DNA of 64,000 nt from the human T2T-CHM13v2.0 reference genome, Homo sapiens: NCBI RefSeq assembly GCF_009914755.1, contig NC_060947.1. The stretch is one strand, 5' to 3'. Under the pieces are notes generated by a model, which saw only the letters and a list, made by a program, of their open reading frames with translations, did not search any database and was not told the DNA's origin. This document shows, one piece after another, positions 14,070-29,282 of the stretch. The translations under genes were made by a program, and so were the position numbers. The stretch's first letter is position 1. The number at the start of each line of letters is the position of its first letter.

Positions 14070-14256
14070 TAATGATTGTCAAAGTATAGTCCCTAGGAGA
14101 GAAATGTCAATCTTAGCTGGAAACTTATTCAAAATGCAACTGTTTGAACCCCACCCCGGACCTACTGACTAGGCACTCTGGAGATGAGGCCGGCAATCAG
14201 TATTTTAACAAGCCCTCTAGGTGACTTCAATGCACTCTCAAGTTTGAAATCCACTG
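14070..14256. mobile_element. MER5A (hAT-Charlie MITE)
   Basis: ccccaccccggacctactga...ttttaacaagccctctaggtga...agtttgaaatccactg. Confidence 0.75.
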
Positions 14257-14627
14257 CTTTATATAATACACATTGCTCATCTGGGATAATACATACAGAG
14301 CAATTTATGTTGAGAAATAGCTCTTTTCTTCTTTTTGATGGTGTGTTGTTTTTTGTGTGTTTGCTTGCTTGTTTTGTATTCTGATAAAAGTAATTGAAAA
14401 TGTTTAATATAAGGATTTTTGCCTATCCCAGTATGGTTATGACACAAGATCACTTGGTTCCTGATAAACTAAAAAGTCATTGTAAATGTTGTTTTGAAGA
14501 ACAACCTAATTAAAATATATTTTATTAGCAGCAATAATAAGAGGATGACTAATTTGAATAATCTAGCAACTTGAGACTGGGGAAACAATATGGCTTAGAG
14601 TCAGAGGGACTTTAGTCCAGCTTAAAT

Positions 14628-14829
14628 CAGGGTTACTCAATATAAGCATTATTGACCTTTGGGGCCAGATAATTCTATGTTGTAGGGGTGCTATAGGATA
14701 TTTGGCAGCATCCCTGGTCTCTACCCACTAGATGCCAGGGGATGCCCCTTCTCAGTTGTGATAATAAAAAATGTCCCATTGTCAGATGTCCCCTTGCGGG
14801 GGCAAATAGTCCCTACTTGAGAACCACTG
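14628..14829. mobile_element. MER20 (hAT-Charlie MITE)
   Basis: ggggccagataattct...gcagcatccctggtctctacccactagatgccag...ttgagaaccactg. Confidence 0.8.
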
Positions 14830-14837
14830 GTCGGTCC

Positions 14838-15368
<531 letters not shown>

Positions 15369-16468
15369 TTACCTGGGAGAGAGCTGTAATACCATCTATT
15401 GTAACTATCACACAAGATCAGATGAGAGAGCATTTATGAAAGCATTTATACCACAAGGCAATTAGTATGTTAAAGGCAGCAGAGAAAAATAATGTACTTT
15501 TCAAAGTTGCCATTGAAATTGAAAAATATATCCAGCTCTCTATTATGAATTAGGATGGTTTATATTTACTGTCTTTTAGATTCATATCCCATTCCCAATA
15601 GGAAAGAGATGTGATGCATTCTCTATGTCTCTCTTGGGAGTAGATTCATGATATTATTCAGTCTTCGATGGGCAGAAAACCATACAAATTGGATCAAATC
15701 GTTCATACTATGCACCAGTGATGCTCTGAATATATACTATAAAATCAATATTCTTTCTATTCTTTTGCCTCTCAATAACCAATTTTAATAAGTGGAAAAT
15801 AATTCAGATTCCTCTGACAATAGCCTCTTTAGAAAGAATGGGGAAAATTCTTGGGTTACAATTGTGTCAATGAAAGGGATTCTTTATTTTAAAAAAGATA
15901 AAAATATCCAAAGCAAATAAGAACAAATGTTAACAGTTACTAAATCTGAGTAACAAATACATAGATACTTGTTTTCGTTTTTCTATATTTTTCTTTGAAG
16001 TATCTGATTCAAACTCAAAGAGGATGCTAAAATCAGTTTGAACAAAGCACCAGTGAATACTTCAAAGAAAAATAAAGAAAAAAGCACGTTTTTCTTGGTG
16101 CCAGGTGACTATGTAGACCCCATGGGGATGGGGAGGCCAGCTGGGGGCCAAGGGGCTGCATCCCACAGTGTCTACCTCAGTTTATATTGCCACCTTACGC
16201 AGGCAGGGCACGTTAGCCTTTGATATTCAAGAGCAGTTCTAACTGAGCAGTTCAGCTAGGGTGTAAGGAAATCTTAGTAGTTGAATTTTTTTTTCATGTG
16301 CTCTAACAGCTTTTAAAACAAGGAAATTATTATCAATATCTGCTTCTACTCTCCCTAATGAGTTGCAAAAGTGTGTAACCCCTGCCTTTCTCTCTAATAG
16401 AACCAATATGGTAGCAATGGGGACATTTTACACAAAAGTCAGAGTGAAAAGATGGACTTTTAGGCACA

Positions 16469-16598
16469 TTTTTTTTTTTTAAGAGATGAGGGTTTCTCTA
16501 TGCTGCCCAGGCTGGACACAAACTCCTGGGGCACAAGTGATCCTCCCACCTCAGTCTCTCAAGTAGCTGGGATTACAGGCGTGCACCACCATGCTCAG
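16469..16598 (-). mobile_element. Free Alu monomer (FLAM-type)
   Basis: Single monomer with poly-T at the left, flanked by tttaggcaca/tttaggcata. Confidence 0.8.
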
Positions 16599-16696
16599 TT
16601 TAGGCATATATTATAAAAGAAGCAATTTGCCTGAAGCACTACACTCCCCTGTAGACTGTGGACAGATAAGTAAGCAAAACAATTTTTCTCCCAGAG

Positions 16697-16918
16697 TAGG
16701 AGTTGGCAAACTACAGCCCCTGGGACAAATCCAGTCCACTGTCTGTTTCTGTGAATACAGTATTAATTTAACACAGCCCAGTCCATTCGTTTGCATATTA
16801 TCTATGGCTTCTTTCAGCTACAACATCAGAGTTGAGTAGTTGTGACAAAATCTGTATAGCCTCAAAAGCCTGAAATACTTACCATCTGTCCCATTACAGA
16901 AAAGTTCCCTAACTCCCA
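16697..16918. mobile_element. MER58A (hAT-Charlie MITE)
   Basis: gttggcaaactacagccc...aaatccag...agttgagtagttgtgaca...aaagcctgaaatactta...cagaaaagtt. Confidence 0.8.
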
Positions 16919-16957
16919 TCCTAGGGTATTAACATATGAATTTGTTCCATAGAGCCA

Positions 16958-17220
16958 CTGTAATCCCAGCACTTTGGGAGGCGGAGAGGGGAGGATGGCT
17001 GGAGCCCAGGAGTTTGAGACCAGCCTGGGTAACATGGCAAAACTCTGTCTCTACAAAAATTAGCCAGGCATGCTGGTGGGTGCCTATAGTGCCAGCTACT
17101 GGGGAGGCTGAGGTGGGAGGATCACTTGAACCCAGGAGGTGGAGGTTTCAGTAAGCTGAGATCATGCCACTGCACTGTAGCTTGGGTGACACAGTGAGAC
17201 CCTGTCTCAAGAAGAAAGAA

Positions 17221-17256
<36 letters not shown>

Positions 17257-17277
17257 GAGAAAGAAAAGAAAAGAAAG
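16958..17277 (+). mobile_element. AluJ, 5'-truncated, with (GAAA)n tail
   Basis: AluJ diagnostics (gaggtgggaggatcacttga, gagaccctgtctc), tail microsatellite ~17211-17277. Confidence 0.88.
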
Positions 17278-19142
17278 ATTTAATAACAAGTGGACAAAAT
17301 AAAAAATAATATTTCTCAATGACTTTTATAGTCACACAGTAGTATACATTTATACTACATTTTTGCTTTAATACAGAAAAAACAATTATAAAGACCCAAA
17401 TATTGTCACCTTTTCTCTTGAAAAACAAACAAACAAACAAACAAACAAACAAACTAGTGTGCTCTACAAAGGAAACCTAAAAGAGGATGTGTTGATAATT
17501 AATAATGTAACACATTGTTAAAATATCACTGTTTGATAGTCTCTCAACCTAGCCATTTCCTAGAGTAAGACTATTTTACTTATATACCTATTTGCAGTTG
17601 AATAACTGTAATACAGGTAAAAATACTAATGAAAATTTATAGGCAAAAATATTTCCCTTTTATAGAAAAATAGAAGTCACAGCTGTACGCTAGAGAAAAA
17701 TAGAAAAGTAATCTTTTCTTTCAGTCCTTACAAAATAATTACTTCTATAGGGAGTAAAGATGATATTTGTGTTTTGACATAAGTAAAAGCTTATTTTTAG
17801 TTCATTTCATATGCCTGGACTTTCCAATGTTTGGGGAAATTTTAAGAAATGGAGACGTTTTTGTAGCTATATAAGACTCTATTATTTCCAGAAGCCTCAT
17901 AAATTGAAAATGAGACCTTACTGACATTCTTTCTTTTGTTTCTTCTCAAAAGGATTCCCAAATAGGAAAAGAGTATGTAATAAAACAGAGAGTGCAGAGC
18001 TATGGTTGTCAAGGCAACTGTAATAATCTTGCCCTTGAACTGTGGTAGAGCATCCACTGCAGTTCAATCTAACCTCATGTTTCCTCAGAATGCTTATGTA
18101 TGTTCGAAATCCTTATTATATAGCAATATCATTCCAATCAATCAGGTGATGATAGGAATGTAGAACACGAACTGAAATGTCCATGGCATTCCCATTATGG
18201 AAGGCAGACAGGAAAATGACACTTGCTAGCATACAGAATAGCTAAGAGAACATGTCCTTCCACTCCACGCCATTCAACATGCATTTGGGACACTATACTG
18301 GCTACTACCATTAATAGAAACATAAGTCCAGCCCACAAAGTAGTGAATCCAGATTAAATGAGCTACAATCCTGTGATAGGTCCCCATAGCCCTAGAGAAC
18401 TATGACAAACTACAGAATGGCTGGTATACACACTCACAAATTGCCACTTTGTGGAAAAAATGGTCACTATTTATGATCATCAGGTTTTCTTCATAGTGAA
18501 GAGAAGAAAACTTTCCCCATACAATTTGGAAGAAACTGTTACTACTTATTTGTATCTCATCTGATGCTTCCTTCAGGACTGCAGAGGATTGTGTTTTCTC
18601 TAGGAGATAGTCAGTATCTTAGAGGCTGGGCAGCTAGAGTTTGCCTCACTGAACACTAAATGATCTTTGCTTATATTTTCCAACTCAGACACTCCTCAAT
18701 TCTGAAAGTCTGTTAAGATAGCTGGATATTTCAAAGTCCACATGCATTTTCCCATAGAAATAAAGATACAGTGGTTTTGGTTCGTAGGTCAGCTCAAGTA
18801 GTCTCATTTAACCTATGACATACGTGAAGTACAGAGTGGGAAGTACAAATGTAAAAGGGAACCCCATTCTCACCGTTGTGAGACCCTGGAAAACAGCAAA
18901 GAGTCCCCATCATGGGATAGGGGAAGGAGCACTGGGTTGGGATCAGAAGTCTTTGTCTGTATCAGTTCTTTCTCTGTGCCTCCAGGCCACAGACCATCTC
19001 CTCTGAAGTCAGTGCTGAGGCCCCTGGATCCAGCTCAATCACTTAGCTCACCATGGGAACTCAGCACATCATTTACTGGAAATAAAATAATAAGCACCTT
19101 GCCATTTGATCTGAGGTCGTCATTTAGTCATTTGAACATTTA

Positions 19143-19407
19143 TTTTTCTGTTTTGTTTTGTTTTGAGACGGGGACTCCCTCTGTTACCCAGGCTGGAATG
19201 CAGCAATGTGATCTTGGCTCACTGAAGCCTCGACCTCCTAGGCTTAAGCGATTCTCCCGCCTCAGCCTCCCAAACTGCTAGGACTCCAGGTGGGCACCAC
19301 ACCTACTAATTAAAAAAAGTTTTTTTTAAGAGACAGGGTCTCACTATGTTGCCCAGGCTGGTCTCAAACTCCTGGGCTCAAGCAACTCTCCTGCCCCAGC
19401 CTCCCAA
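19143..19407 (-). mobile_element. AluJ
   Basis: Reverse-strand dimer with gacagggtctcactatgttgcccagg and ctgggctcaagc. Confidence 0.88.
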
Positions 19408-19829
19408 CATTTCAATATTTCTGAGATTCAAGATTCTCCTCCATAAATTAGATGTTTGGGAAAAATAGGCCAGGCACTAAGCTTCTCTTACTCTCAAATT
19501 GTATTACCCTTAGATATGTGGATAACTCCTGTTATTCCTGTTTTTTTTTTTTTTTGGTATAATAGTGATAACAATGGGTTCCATAAAGGGTGGATGGGAA
19601 GATATCATAAGGATAGAGACAGAGTTAGGATAAGCATTTTACTATTGGTGGGGGATTGAAAACTTATATTTTTGGAAAGGAATTTGCTGAACAAAATAGA
19701 CACTGGCATTTTTTGCTGAATTGACAATGTGATAAGAAGCACTCCCCAATTTCCCCTCTCAGTTATTTTTGAGTAAGTCCTACCCCATCTTCCTGGTGTC
19801 TCCTTCCACTCATTAAACAAATTTCTTTG

Positions 19830-20050
19830 TTTTTTGTTTCTAGTGTATTTATCACCATCTCACTTACCTTATTTTTTACCGTGTATGTATTGGCCATCCT
19901 TTGGCCCTCTAGAAATAAAGTACCATCAGGGCAGGGGTTTGTGTCTGTTCTGTCCAGAACTGTATCTCCAAAGCCTAGAATAGCATCTGCACATAGTAGG
20001 CATTCAAAACATACTTACTGAATAAATAAATGAATGAATCACTGAATGAG
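19830..20050 (+). mobile_element. L2 3' end
   Basis: cagggcaggggtttgtgtctgtt...gcacatagtaggcattcaa...tgaataaataaatgaatgaat. Confidence 0.7.
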
Positions 20051-20394
20051 AGCAAAAAAAAAGAATACTCTTCTTCAGATCTAAATAAAATAGACATTTC
20101 AAAGTATATGTTGAGGCATCCACTGAAGACAAATTTTGGAATATTATGAAATCCAGTAGGAGGAAGATTATTTTTTGTCAGAAAAACTAAGGTAAGGAGA
20201 CCCAATACCCCAGACTACTATCCAAAAGATTGAGTAACCAGGGTGATTGCTTAGATACAGATGCTCTTGATATATTAGAAGTAAACATGTATAAAGAAGG
20301 AATGCTTCTTGTATTTCTACTTAGGCCTGGGAAATGTCTGGTACAATGGAAAACACCCTGAGGCAGAAGCCACCAGGCATCCAGAATCAGTGGA

Positions 20395-20700
20395 TTCTTG
20401 CTCTGCCTCTTAGTACCTGTTGACTTTGAGCAGCTAGAGGACTTCCCAAACTTCAGATTTCTCACTTATAAAACTGGAATATGGCCCCCTGCCTTACAAG
20501 GTGGTTGTGAGGGTAAAATAAAACGTAAGGAAACCCAGAAAAAGAAGATCTTCAGTAAATGATGGCCACTCCTACTATTGCCATCACCAACAGTAGCCTG
20601 CTCAAGTCACTTAACCCCTCTGGGCTCCAGTTCCCTTTTCTAGAAAATGAAAACATTGGACGAGAATGATTTCAAATGGACCTGCCACTCCAAAAATCCT
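20395..20700 (+). mobile_element. MIR fragments
   Basis: MIR core motifs (cagatttctcacttataaaactggaat, caagtcacttaacccctctgggctccagtt). Confidence 0.55.
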
Positions 20701-21541
20701 GTATGCTCAGTTTCACTCCCTCAAATATGTAACTATGGGGCTGGGTGAAAAAACAAGATCTTTTAAAGAGAACCTAGACTTAGCTATAGAGGCTTATTAA
20801 ATTATCTGTGTTATAATTCTACATTCATAACCCTAAAATATAATTTTCCCTTAAAAATATTCGGAAAAAAAGTTTCCCATGTCTTGGCAAACCAAACTCC
20901 AGAGAGTTTTCCAGTGTTTGGAAGGGGCTGAAGGGCCCCAATATTTTAAAGATGAATATAATTTGGTGCTGAAATCTTCCTTTTGTGTTTATGACTATGT
21001 CCCAAAACAGAATCCTAGAAGAGAGAAGTGTAGCTTAGAAATATCAAGAGACTGCCTAAGAACCCAGCAGGGTTTCATATACATTTTAGTTGATTTACAC
21101 TTTAAAATTGTTACTCACTTACATGTTTCCACATTTCTACTGTCCCAAACAGAATGAATTTGACAATTTGTGAATCATGAAAAAAGAAAGAAAATCAACT
21201 TAATAAACAAGTTATTTTCCCTTTGGGTCATATGTACCCCATAAGATAACTTTAAAGCAGCACTTACATTACAGAGACATTTACTTGGGATTAGCAGAAA
21301 ATAATTTTCAGGTTGCTGGTCAGTCTTTAAAAATCTTTTTAAAGAAATTATGTATTCAAAGAGCTCCCGGGGGAAAAAAATCTGTTAACTATAATACTTC
21401 TGACCAACAAAAAAACCTAAATGGTCTGCAATACTTCTAAGTTATTAGTGAAAAAGACTTCCCTTTAGTACAACACAATTTTTAATTCCTTGAAGTATGT
21501 CTTGGGGTAACAAACACCCCCATCCTTTAGGTCATATTCAA

Positions 21542-21544
<3 letters not shown>

Positions 21545-21586
<42 letters not shown>
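21545..21586. repeat. (AC)21 microsatellite
   Basis: Direct read. Confidence 0.95.
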
Positions 21587-21589
<3 letters not shown>

Positions 21590-24046
21590 TGCATACACAG
21601 TGCACCACCCACTTCTCTCATTTCCTCCTGTAACCACAAAACGGAATGTTTTACTACAATCATGCACACCCATTTTATTTACATAAAAATGATGCCTTTA
21701 AACTGGTAAAGAAGCAGGAGATCATAATCAGAACTGAAATTAGTCAAAATGAAGAAAAATCTTTTAAAAATAAAAATGAACTTTACATTCTAATATATTT
21801 GTGCCTGGATCAAGAGCTACTATATTAAAATAAACATTCATATCATATAACTAAATACACGTGACCTAGAAACACCCAACTTACAAATATCCTGTACATG
21901 AGAACAGTCGACCCAAGTGAGCCAGGCCAGGAACAGGGCAGGCTCTCCCCAGACTTGAAGGCTAGAGAAGGATTCCTCTAGGATTCCCCTCCATCTCGTC
22001 CTGCTGGATAGTGGCGTTGGAAGTGATTAGAGTAGAAAGGGGAAGTGAGAAGCCATGGGCCTTGTACCGCCTCAGTACTGTCTTCCCACCATTCTCAACG
22101 AGGACTCCATTTCCCATAAATGTTACAAAGAGTGCCTTGGTTCCCAGGCCGGACCGTCAGAAGTCTGCTGGACCCACAGTGCAGCTGGAACTGTGCTATT
22201 AATACTAGGCTGACTTCCCACTTGGAAGCCAACTCCAGTCCTGACAGTGCTGTCAGCTCTGTTATGGTTAAATGGATTTCTGGGCGGTCCTGGGAGCCTG
22301 CCAGTGAGAACATCCTTTCTGTGGGAAAATTCCTACCGAGGCCCAAACAGCTCACTGTCAAACAGGGTTGTAGACCACAAGTTGTGAGAGCCTTAGGCAT
22401 TGACCAATCACTTCTCACCTTTCCCTTCTGGAAATACTTGAGTGATCATTGGAGTCAACTCTTACACAGAGAAACATAAGGCAAGTCCAACACTCAGCAT
22501 GTGATCTGTTCCATGGCAAGTAATGTGTATATTTTACTGTTGTCATTAATAAAACGACTACAAAAATAAATTATACCTCAGTAACACCATGTTCTAATCA
22601 ACTGAGAGACATGATCACTTAATAGTCCTCTTGAATAAGTGGAACTTACGTGTAGAAAGGTTACTGTTCTCATCAATAGCAAAGAGGTAGTTTGGTAAAA
22701 GTTGATGAAATACAAGATCAAATAGTTTACCCACACAACACACACACAAAGACAGCTAACAATGCAACAGAGATGGGGAGTTATTATAGTAGCAGATTGT
22801 AATCTGCTAGGAGATGAAAGATATTCACTGCCTGGGAGCCTTAAGTACACACTGTTAACTGGTCCAAATAAGGCAATGGTCATGCTGAAGCAGGTACCTT
22901 TGGTATATCTTCAGTTTATTTACCAGTAAGAAGTAGGGCCTCCCTTATCTACTTAAAGACAGCACAGAAACCACTGAGGACCAAATTAGGGCATGAAAAA
23001 GTAGAGGATCTCCCATATCTGAGGCCTTAAGTCAGTTGATCAAAGTTCTTAACCAAAGGACAAGGGGACAGACAAGGGCCAACTTCAGTGTAGTGACTTG
23101 TCCTCCATGTAGGGGGTCAGAAGAGAGATTTCGGCACATCTGAATAATTCTCAATTCTCCAGTACTGAGTCACTAATGATAAGTCAGCTTTGGTGTTGTA
23201 TCTCTCTTACTTAATCATCCCCAAGGATAAAATATTCCAGTACCCATGGGGAATCTGAAATGAGGTAAGAGCAGGTTTCTTAAATGCCTGAGAATGATAT
23301 TTTAGTTGGAATATAATATATGGATACACACATATGTAGACTATATATTATGCATATACACTCTGTTCACCTGGATTGATGTATACATACTATGTATAGG
23401 TATATATACTACATATATATGCATATGCACATATATATAATCTTTCTTTTTTATACAATATATGTCAACTGACCTTTAGAAATGCCTTCAAATTATATGA
23501 TTCAGTTCAAGCATACTTAGTACCGTATCCATCTGTGGGTAGCCAATTAGAAATTCATGCCTCACTAACATGTTTCCAGACTGAAGGTAAATTGTAAGCA
23601 TGCACATCTGTGTTGGTTGTGAAAAACAACATCCTTTGCACTATTGAAGAAATCTTAATGCCAACCTACCCTCCAGAGAAGCCTCAGATCCTTGGAAAAT
23701 TTTCAGTTTGATCAACACACAGAGGTAAGCCCCAGCAAAAGTTCTTTAACAGGTATTTGGAAAAAAGGCAACAAAGAATTTCCCTCTCTAAGTTAGGCTG
23801 ACTAGTGTGGTGCTGTGGAGACAGAAGGGGATATTAATTCCACATAGTGCTCTCTCCCAGGCAAAGCATTTTAAAACAAAAACAGCAAAAAAAGTTCTAA
23901 TTTCAAGTCACCCTGAGAACTAAACTTCTTCCTTTCAGGACATTTACTGAACTTGGCCAGTGCTTAGAAGTCTTTAGTATTGAGCTATTTGCTAGGGTGT
24001 CCTTATTTAATCAGAAACAACCTGTCTCAGGCAACAGTATTGCTTA

Positions 24047-24048
<2 letters not shown>

Positions 24049-24096
<48 letters not shown>
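24049..24096. repeat. (GT)24 microsatellite
   Basis: Direct read. Confidence 0.95.
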
Positions 24097-24099
<3 letters not shown>

Positions 24100-24765
24100 C
24101 ATGGTAGTATGTCAATCTGAGCCAACTTGTCCCAAGGGCCACACCTATTTCTTGAGAGTTAAACAAACCCGATTTAGGATAAGGAGTTTGAAATTAGAGA
24201 TGTGGCAAGTAGCCCAAATGAATTTTTGTCTGACCCGTCACTTCTATTTTAGTTCTCTCTTCCCTAATTGTTCTGCCTCCTCTCTGTACTTTCTGATCAT
24301 TTTCCTTGACCTCATCATTGGAAAGGGTGTACTCATAGAGTGGGTGAAGCCATATTCTAGAAAAGTCACTGCCTAGGATTTTTAATGAGCTAACAATCGT
24401 TTGTGACTACATCAGGCAAACTTTTCATGCAAAGAAATGCTTAGAAAGCCCAAAAAGACAGATAAATTGATTATCTCCAAGCTACCAAAACAGGCTGGAT
24501 TTTTGGTGCCTGCTGGCTATTAAATGGTTATGTAGAAGAATTTGCTCTTTCATACAACCTGGTAGTGACATGGTAGTACAGCAGTTAACTTTTACCACTT
24601 GTCACTTCTCCAGTGTTTCCATTATCTGCCAAAGAGAACCTACCAGTTGTGAATGTCTAAACTAGTTAGGGTCAGTGAGCAACACCTAGCCTACAAGTTT
24701 GTTGCAATGATTACATGAGATAAAAAGTATAAAGCACTTATGTAGTACCTGGCACATGGAAAGAG

Positions 24766-24856
<91 letters not shown>

Positions 24857-24930
24857 CATCAGCATCATCATAATCATTATAACCATGATCACCACCACCA
24901 CTATCATCACCACCATCATTGTCATCATTT
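24766..24930. repeat. Compound microsatellite (CT)n-(TA)n followed by degenerate (CAT/CAC)n
   Basis: Direct read; follows a MIR 3' end (atgagataa...aaagcactta...cctggcacat). Confidence 0.92.
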
Positions 24931-24989
24931 ATTGTGAAATGAGGACTACTGATTATAAAATTTTAGTTAGGACAGGAGTACCATCCATG

Positions 24990-26200
24990 ATAGAATAAAC
25001 TGAAAGGTAAACACAATAATACATAGTTCTCTATGTAGAAGGATCCCCTGAGAGTTCATCAGTCTCCACATATTTTCCCCACAAACCATATATCCACTTT
25101 TCTTCCATTACCATGGAATCTGACTCCAAAAGATTTAGATAAATTACTGATTTCAGCAGCATGCTGGACAAATTTTTCCGGAAACTTTGTGGATCAGACA
25201 GTAAAATGTAGCAAATACAGCTGTACATACAGATGGACTGAAGAACTATGCATATCAGGTACTAATTAACAAAGTAGGCAAATCTACCACCACAGGTACC
25301 TGGTCCCATCTTGTTTAACATCTTCATCAGAAACTTACATAAAAGCATGGGCAGTGATTATCAAATTTTTACTAGACAACTAAGCTAGGAAGAATGCATA
25401 ATATAATAGAAGAGAGAATTGGGGTTTTAAAATACAATTGTAATTTATATATAATAATTTAATTAGATTAAAAGGTTAGGATGATACTTTAAAAATTCAA
25501 GAAATTAGAAATTTGCATTTAAATTGTAACAATTAATTAGACAGAGAGAGGCAACTTGAGTTTAATTCTGTGAAAAGGAAGAGGTAGGATTTCTAATGAG
25601 CCAACAATTGTCCGATAAGCTCAAATGAACTCCAAGTCTGACAAAAGCATTACACCAGGCAATGGAAACTTGAGCTGCATGAAAAAAACTTTGGAATCCA
25701 ACTCAAGAAAAGAGAAAAGTGACCACGCAATGGATTCCACCCCAGCCAGAGCACACATGGAGCACTAAACTCTGGTCTGGAGGATACGCCTTTGAAAGAC
25801 ATTGAGGCATCCAGCAAGTTCTGAAGAGGGTAGTGAGGCTAGAGAGGGGAAGATGGTGAAAGCTTGGTCATTTGACAAACCTTTGAAATCCATGAAAGAA
25901 ACTGATGTTGAGACTGAAGTTGCAAAGGCTGTGCAGTAATAGAAATGCTGACCTAAAATATTTGAATGGTGAAGTAGTAGATCTGGCCTATCTTTCAAGA
26001 GAGCAGATTTCAAATGACAGAATGAGAATTTCAGGAAGTAGGCCTGGGCCTCCTTCAAGGAGACTATATCTAAAGAAAACATTCACCCAAGGATAAGTGA
26101 CTTAAGGGTAAGGGGATTCTTAATACTTAAAGGTTCATGCAGATAACCATCTGATTATCCATTCTGAATGTGGTAAAAAGGAATCCTGTTTTGGGTGAGT
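24990..26200 (+). mobile_element. L3/CR1 ancient LINE ORF2-3' relic
   Basis: cctggtcccatcttgtttaacatcttcatc (..GP.LFNIFI..), a degenerate KF.DD.KLG segment, then RPHLE...LE.VQRR-like sequence near 25750-25830, characteristic of CR1 RT. Confidence 0.65.
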
Positions 26201-26672
26201 GGCCAAACATATGACCGTTAGGGTGCCACAACTGTAATTCAGTTCTCCTGTGTAAAGTGTCAATGAGTGATATGAGGAAGAGGGAGGGCTTCGTTAGAGG
26301 AGAAGGGGATGGCTGGAAATGGGGAAAGAGCAGTTTACGGCTGGCTTTGGGTAGCTGAAGAGTGTAGCAGGTAGCATAGTTCCCATGATAAATGAATTCA
26401 TACTAATTAATTAATAAAGGCTCAAACCAAACTTTGGAATTTTACTCAATGCTAGTCCTATTCTAATGACAACTGAGTCAAAGATAGCTGCCCAAGTGCC
26501 CTATGGTCTAATCCATTCCCTCCCCATGCTGGAATGATGTTTTATTCTTTTTCACAGTCCTCATGACACCTTAGGCACTAGGCAGCAGCTTTATTAACTT
26601 TCTACTTTTGCTCCAGGGAGTTCAGGCTAAAGAATGAGGAATGATTAGTCAACAGTAGAAACTAGTTTGACA

Positions 26673-26956
26673 CACCACATGTTCTCACTCATAAGTGGGA
26701 GTTGAACAAAGAGAACACATGGACACAGGGAGGGGAACATCACACACCGGGGCCTGTTGGGGGTGGGGGACAAGGGGAGGGAGAGCATTAGGACAAATAC
26801 CTAATGCACGTGGGGCTTAAAACCTAGATGACAGGTTGGTAGATGCAGCAAACCACCATGGCACATGTGTACCTATGTAACAAACCTGCACATTCTGCAC
26901 ATGTATCCCAGAACTTAAAGCAAAATAACAAACACACAAACAAAACAAAAACAAAA
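26673..26956 (+). mobile_element. L1PA8-like 3' end, 5'-truncated
   Basis: L1 3'UTR (aggacaaatacctaatgca..ggggcttaaaacctagatgac); TSD agaaactagtttgaca (26657-26672) / agaaacttgtttggca (26957-26972). Confidence 0.88.
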
Positions 26957-28371
26957 AGAAACTTGTTTGGCAAGATGACTATTTCCTTGACTACTTTCAC
27001 TAGGATATATGACCTCAACCTAAGTTGAAGTACTTTGACATCAAGGTGATATAAACATTTTTGCTGTTTTTTTGAGAAAAATATCACAGTAGTATGTCAA
27101 TGTGGGTTTTTTTCTTAAATCTCTTGATCACTGTTAATTTTTAAAATTTGTCTTTTTAAAATATACTTTTTAATGTCTGATGGGACATTAAAGAATATTG
27201 TTAGACTGTGCTTCAACACTATAGTGATTTAACATATTTTGATATAATATAAAATATATAGCATACATTATGTTTTGATATATGTACCTTAATATCTAAC
27301 AAAACTTTCTAGAAGAATTACATCCATTTATGTATTAAATTATACTAAAGAAAATTGAGAATTTATTTCATATTTAACACAAAATATCCATATTGCCTGG
27401 ACCCAGAAATGAGGAAAATGATGCTACAGTGTTAAAGCAAGGTTAGAATATTATTGTAGAGCATAATTAATGGAGGGAGTGCATTTTCAAATATCCTCTT
27501 TACCTCCTTGTTGCTATGTTGGCTACACACATAATACTACCCGAGCCTGTACCTCTCCTTAATCCATTGAAACCTTTTCTTGCTGAGGAATTTCATCACA
27601 GCCATATTACCTGCCAGTAAGTGATAGTTCAGGTCAATTTGAAATGCCACGGCTTTTGATCCTGTTGTCTCTGAGTATTTCATTTTAGATTTTAATTACA
27701 ATGGTATTGTGCTTATGGACCGACCCCAAACTGCATTGAATTGGGAAGTCATTTTCCTTTATTTACCTTTTATAATATAATTTCAAAATGACAGGCTCAT
27801 ACACAAAGCATAATTCTTTATAGACACTGGCTCATCATTGGACTTAATCACTTCCAAAGCAATGAGGATGGAAGAAATCCAGGGGGTCCTGATTCATGGA
27901 GATTCCTGGCTTTTTTCCCACTCAGTTGATGGAAAATGTTTTCTCTTTTTAAGTTAGATGAGGGATGGGGTTAGGGAAACTTACATCCTACACTCTTATG
28001 ATTTGGCTCATGGCTTTATTGTTCTCCAAATTTTATGTGTTTGGGTCAGTTAATCAGACTCCTAACTCTATCCATTGTATTCAAACAGATGTAGTACTTT
28101 TTTCTCCTTTCTTCCCCCAAAGCTGCATTACTTTTTGGATATGGGGTCTCTCTGGCCAGCTGCAAAGATTCTGCCTTTGTGAGAGATGACATCACCCCCA
28201 TGCTAATAAGTCTTTTAAAACCCAGAAATTATCTTGGGTATCCTACAAGTCATGAACAGCAGTACACTAGGGATATAGCGATTTACTTAATAAATATCTG
28301 TTGTGTGGATAGAAAAGCTAGAACTACTAGTCAGGTCTGCTTTTTCTCGAACTTGAGTCTTAATTATATCT

Positions 28372-29282
<911 letters not shown>

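Noticed and set aside
21497-24998. ORFs with poly-TH, poly-CV, poly-SL/YI tracts
   Set aside because: Translations of microsatellites.
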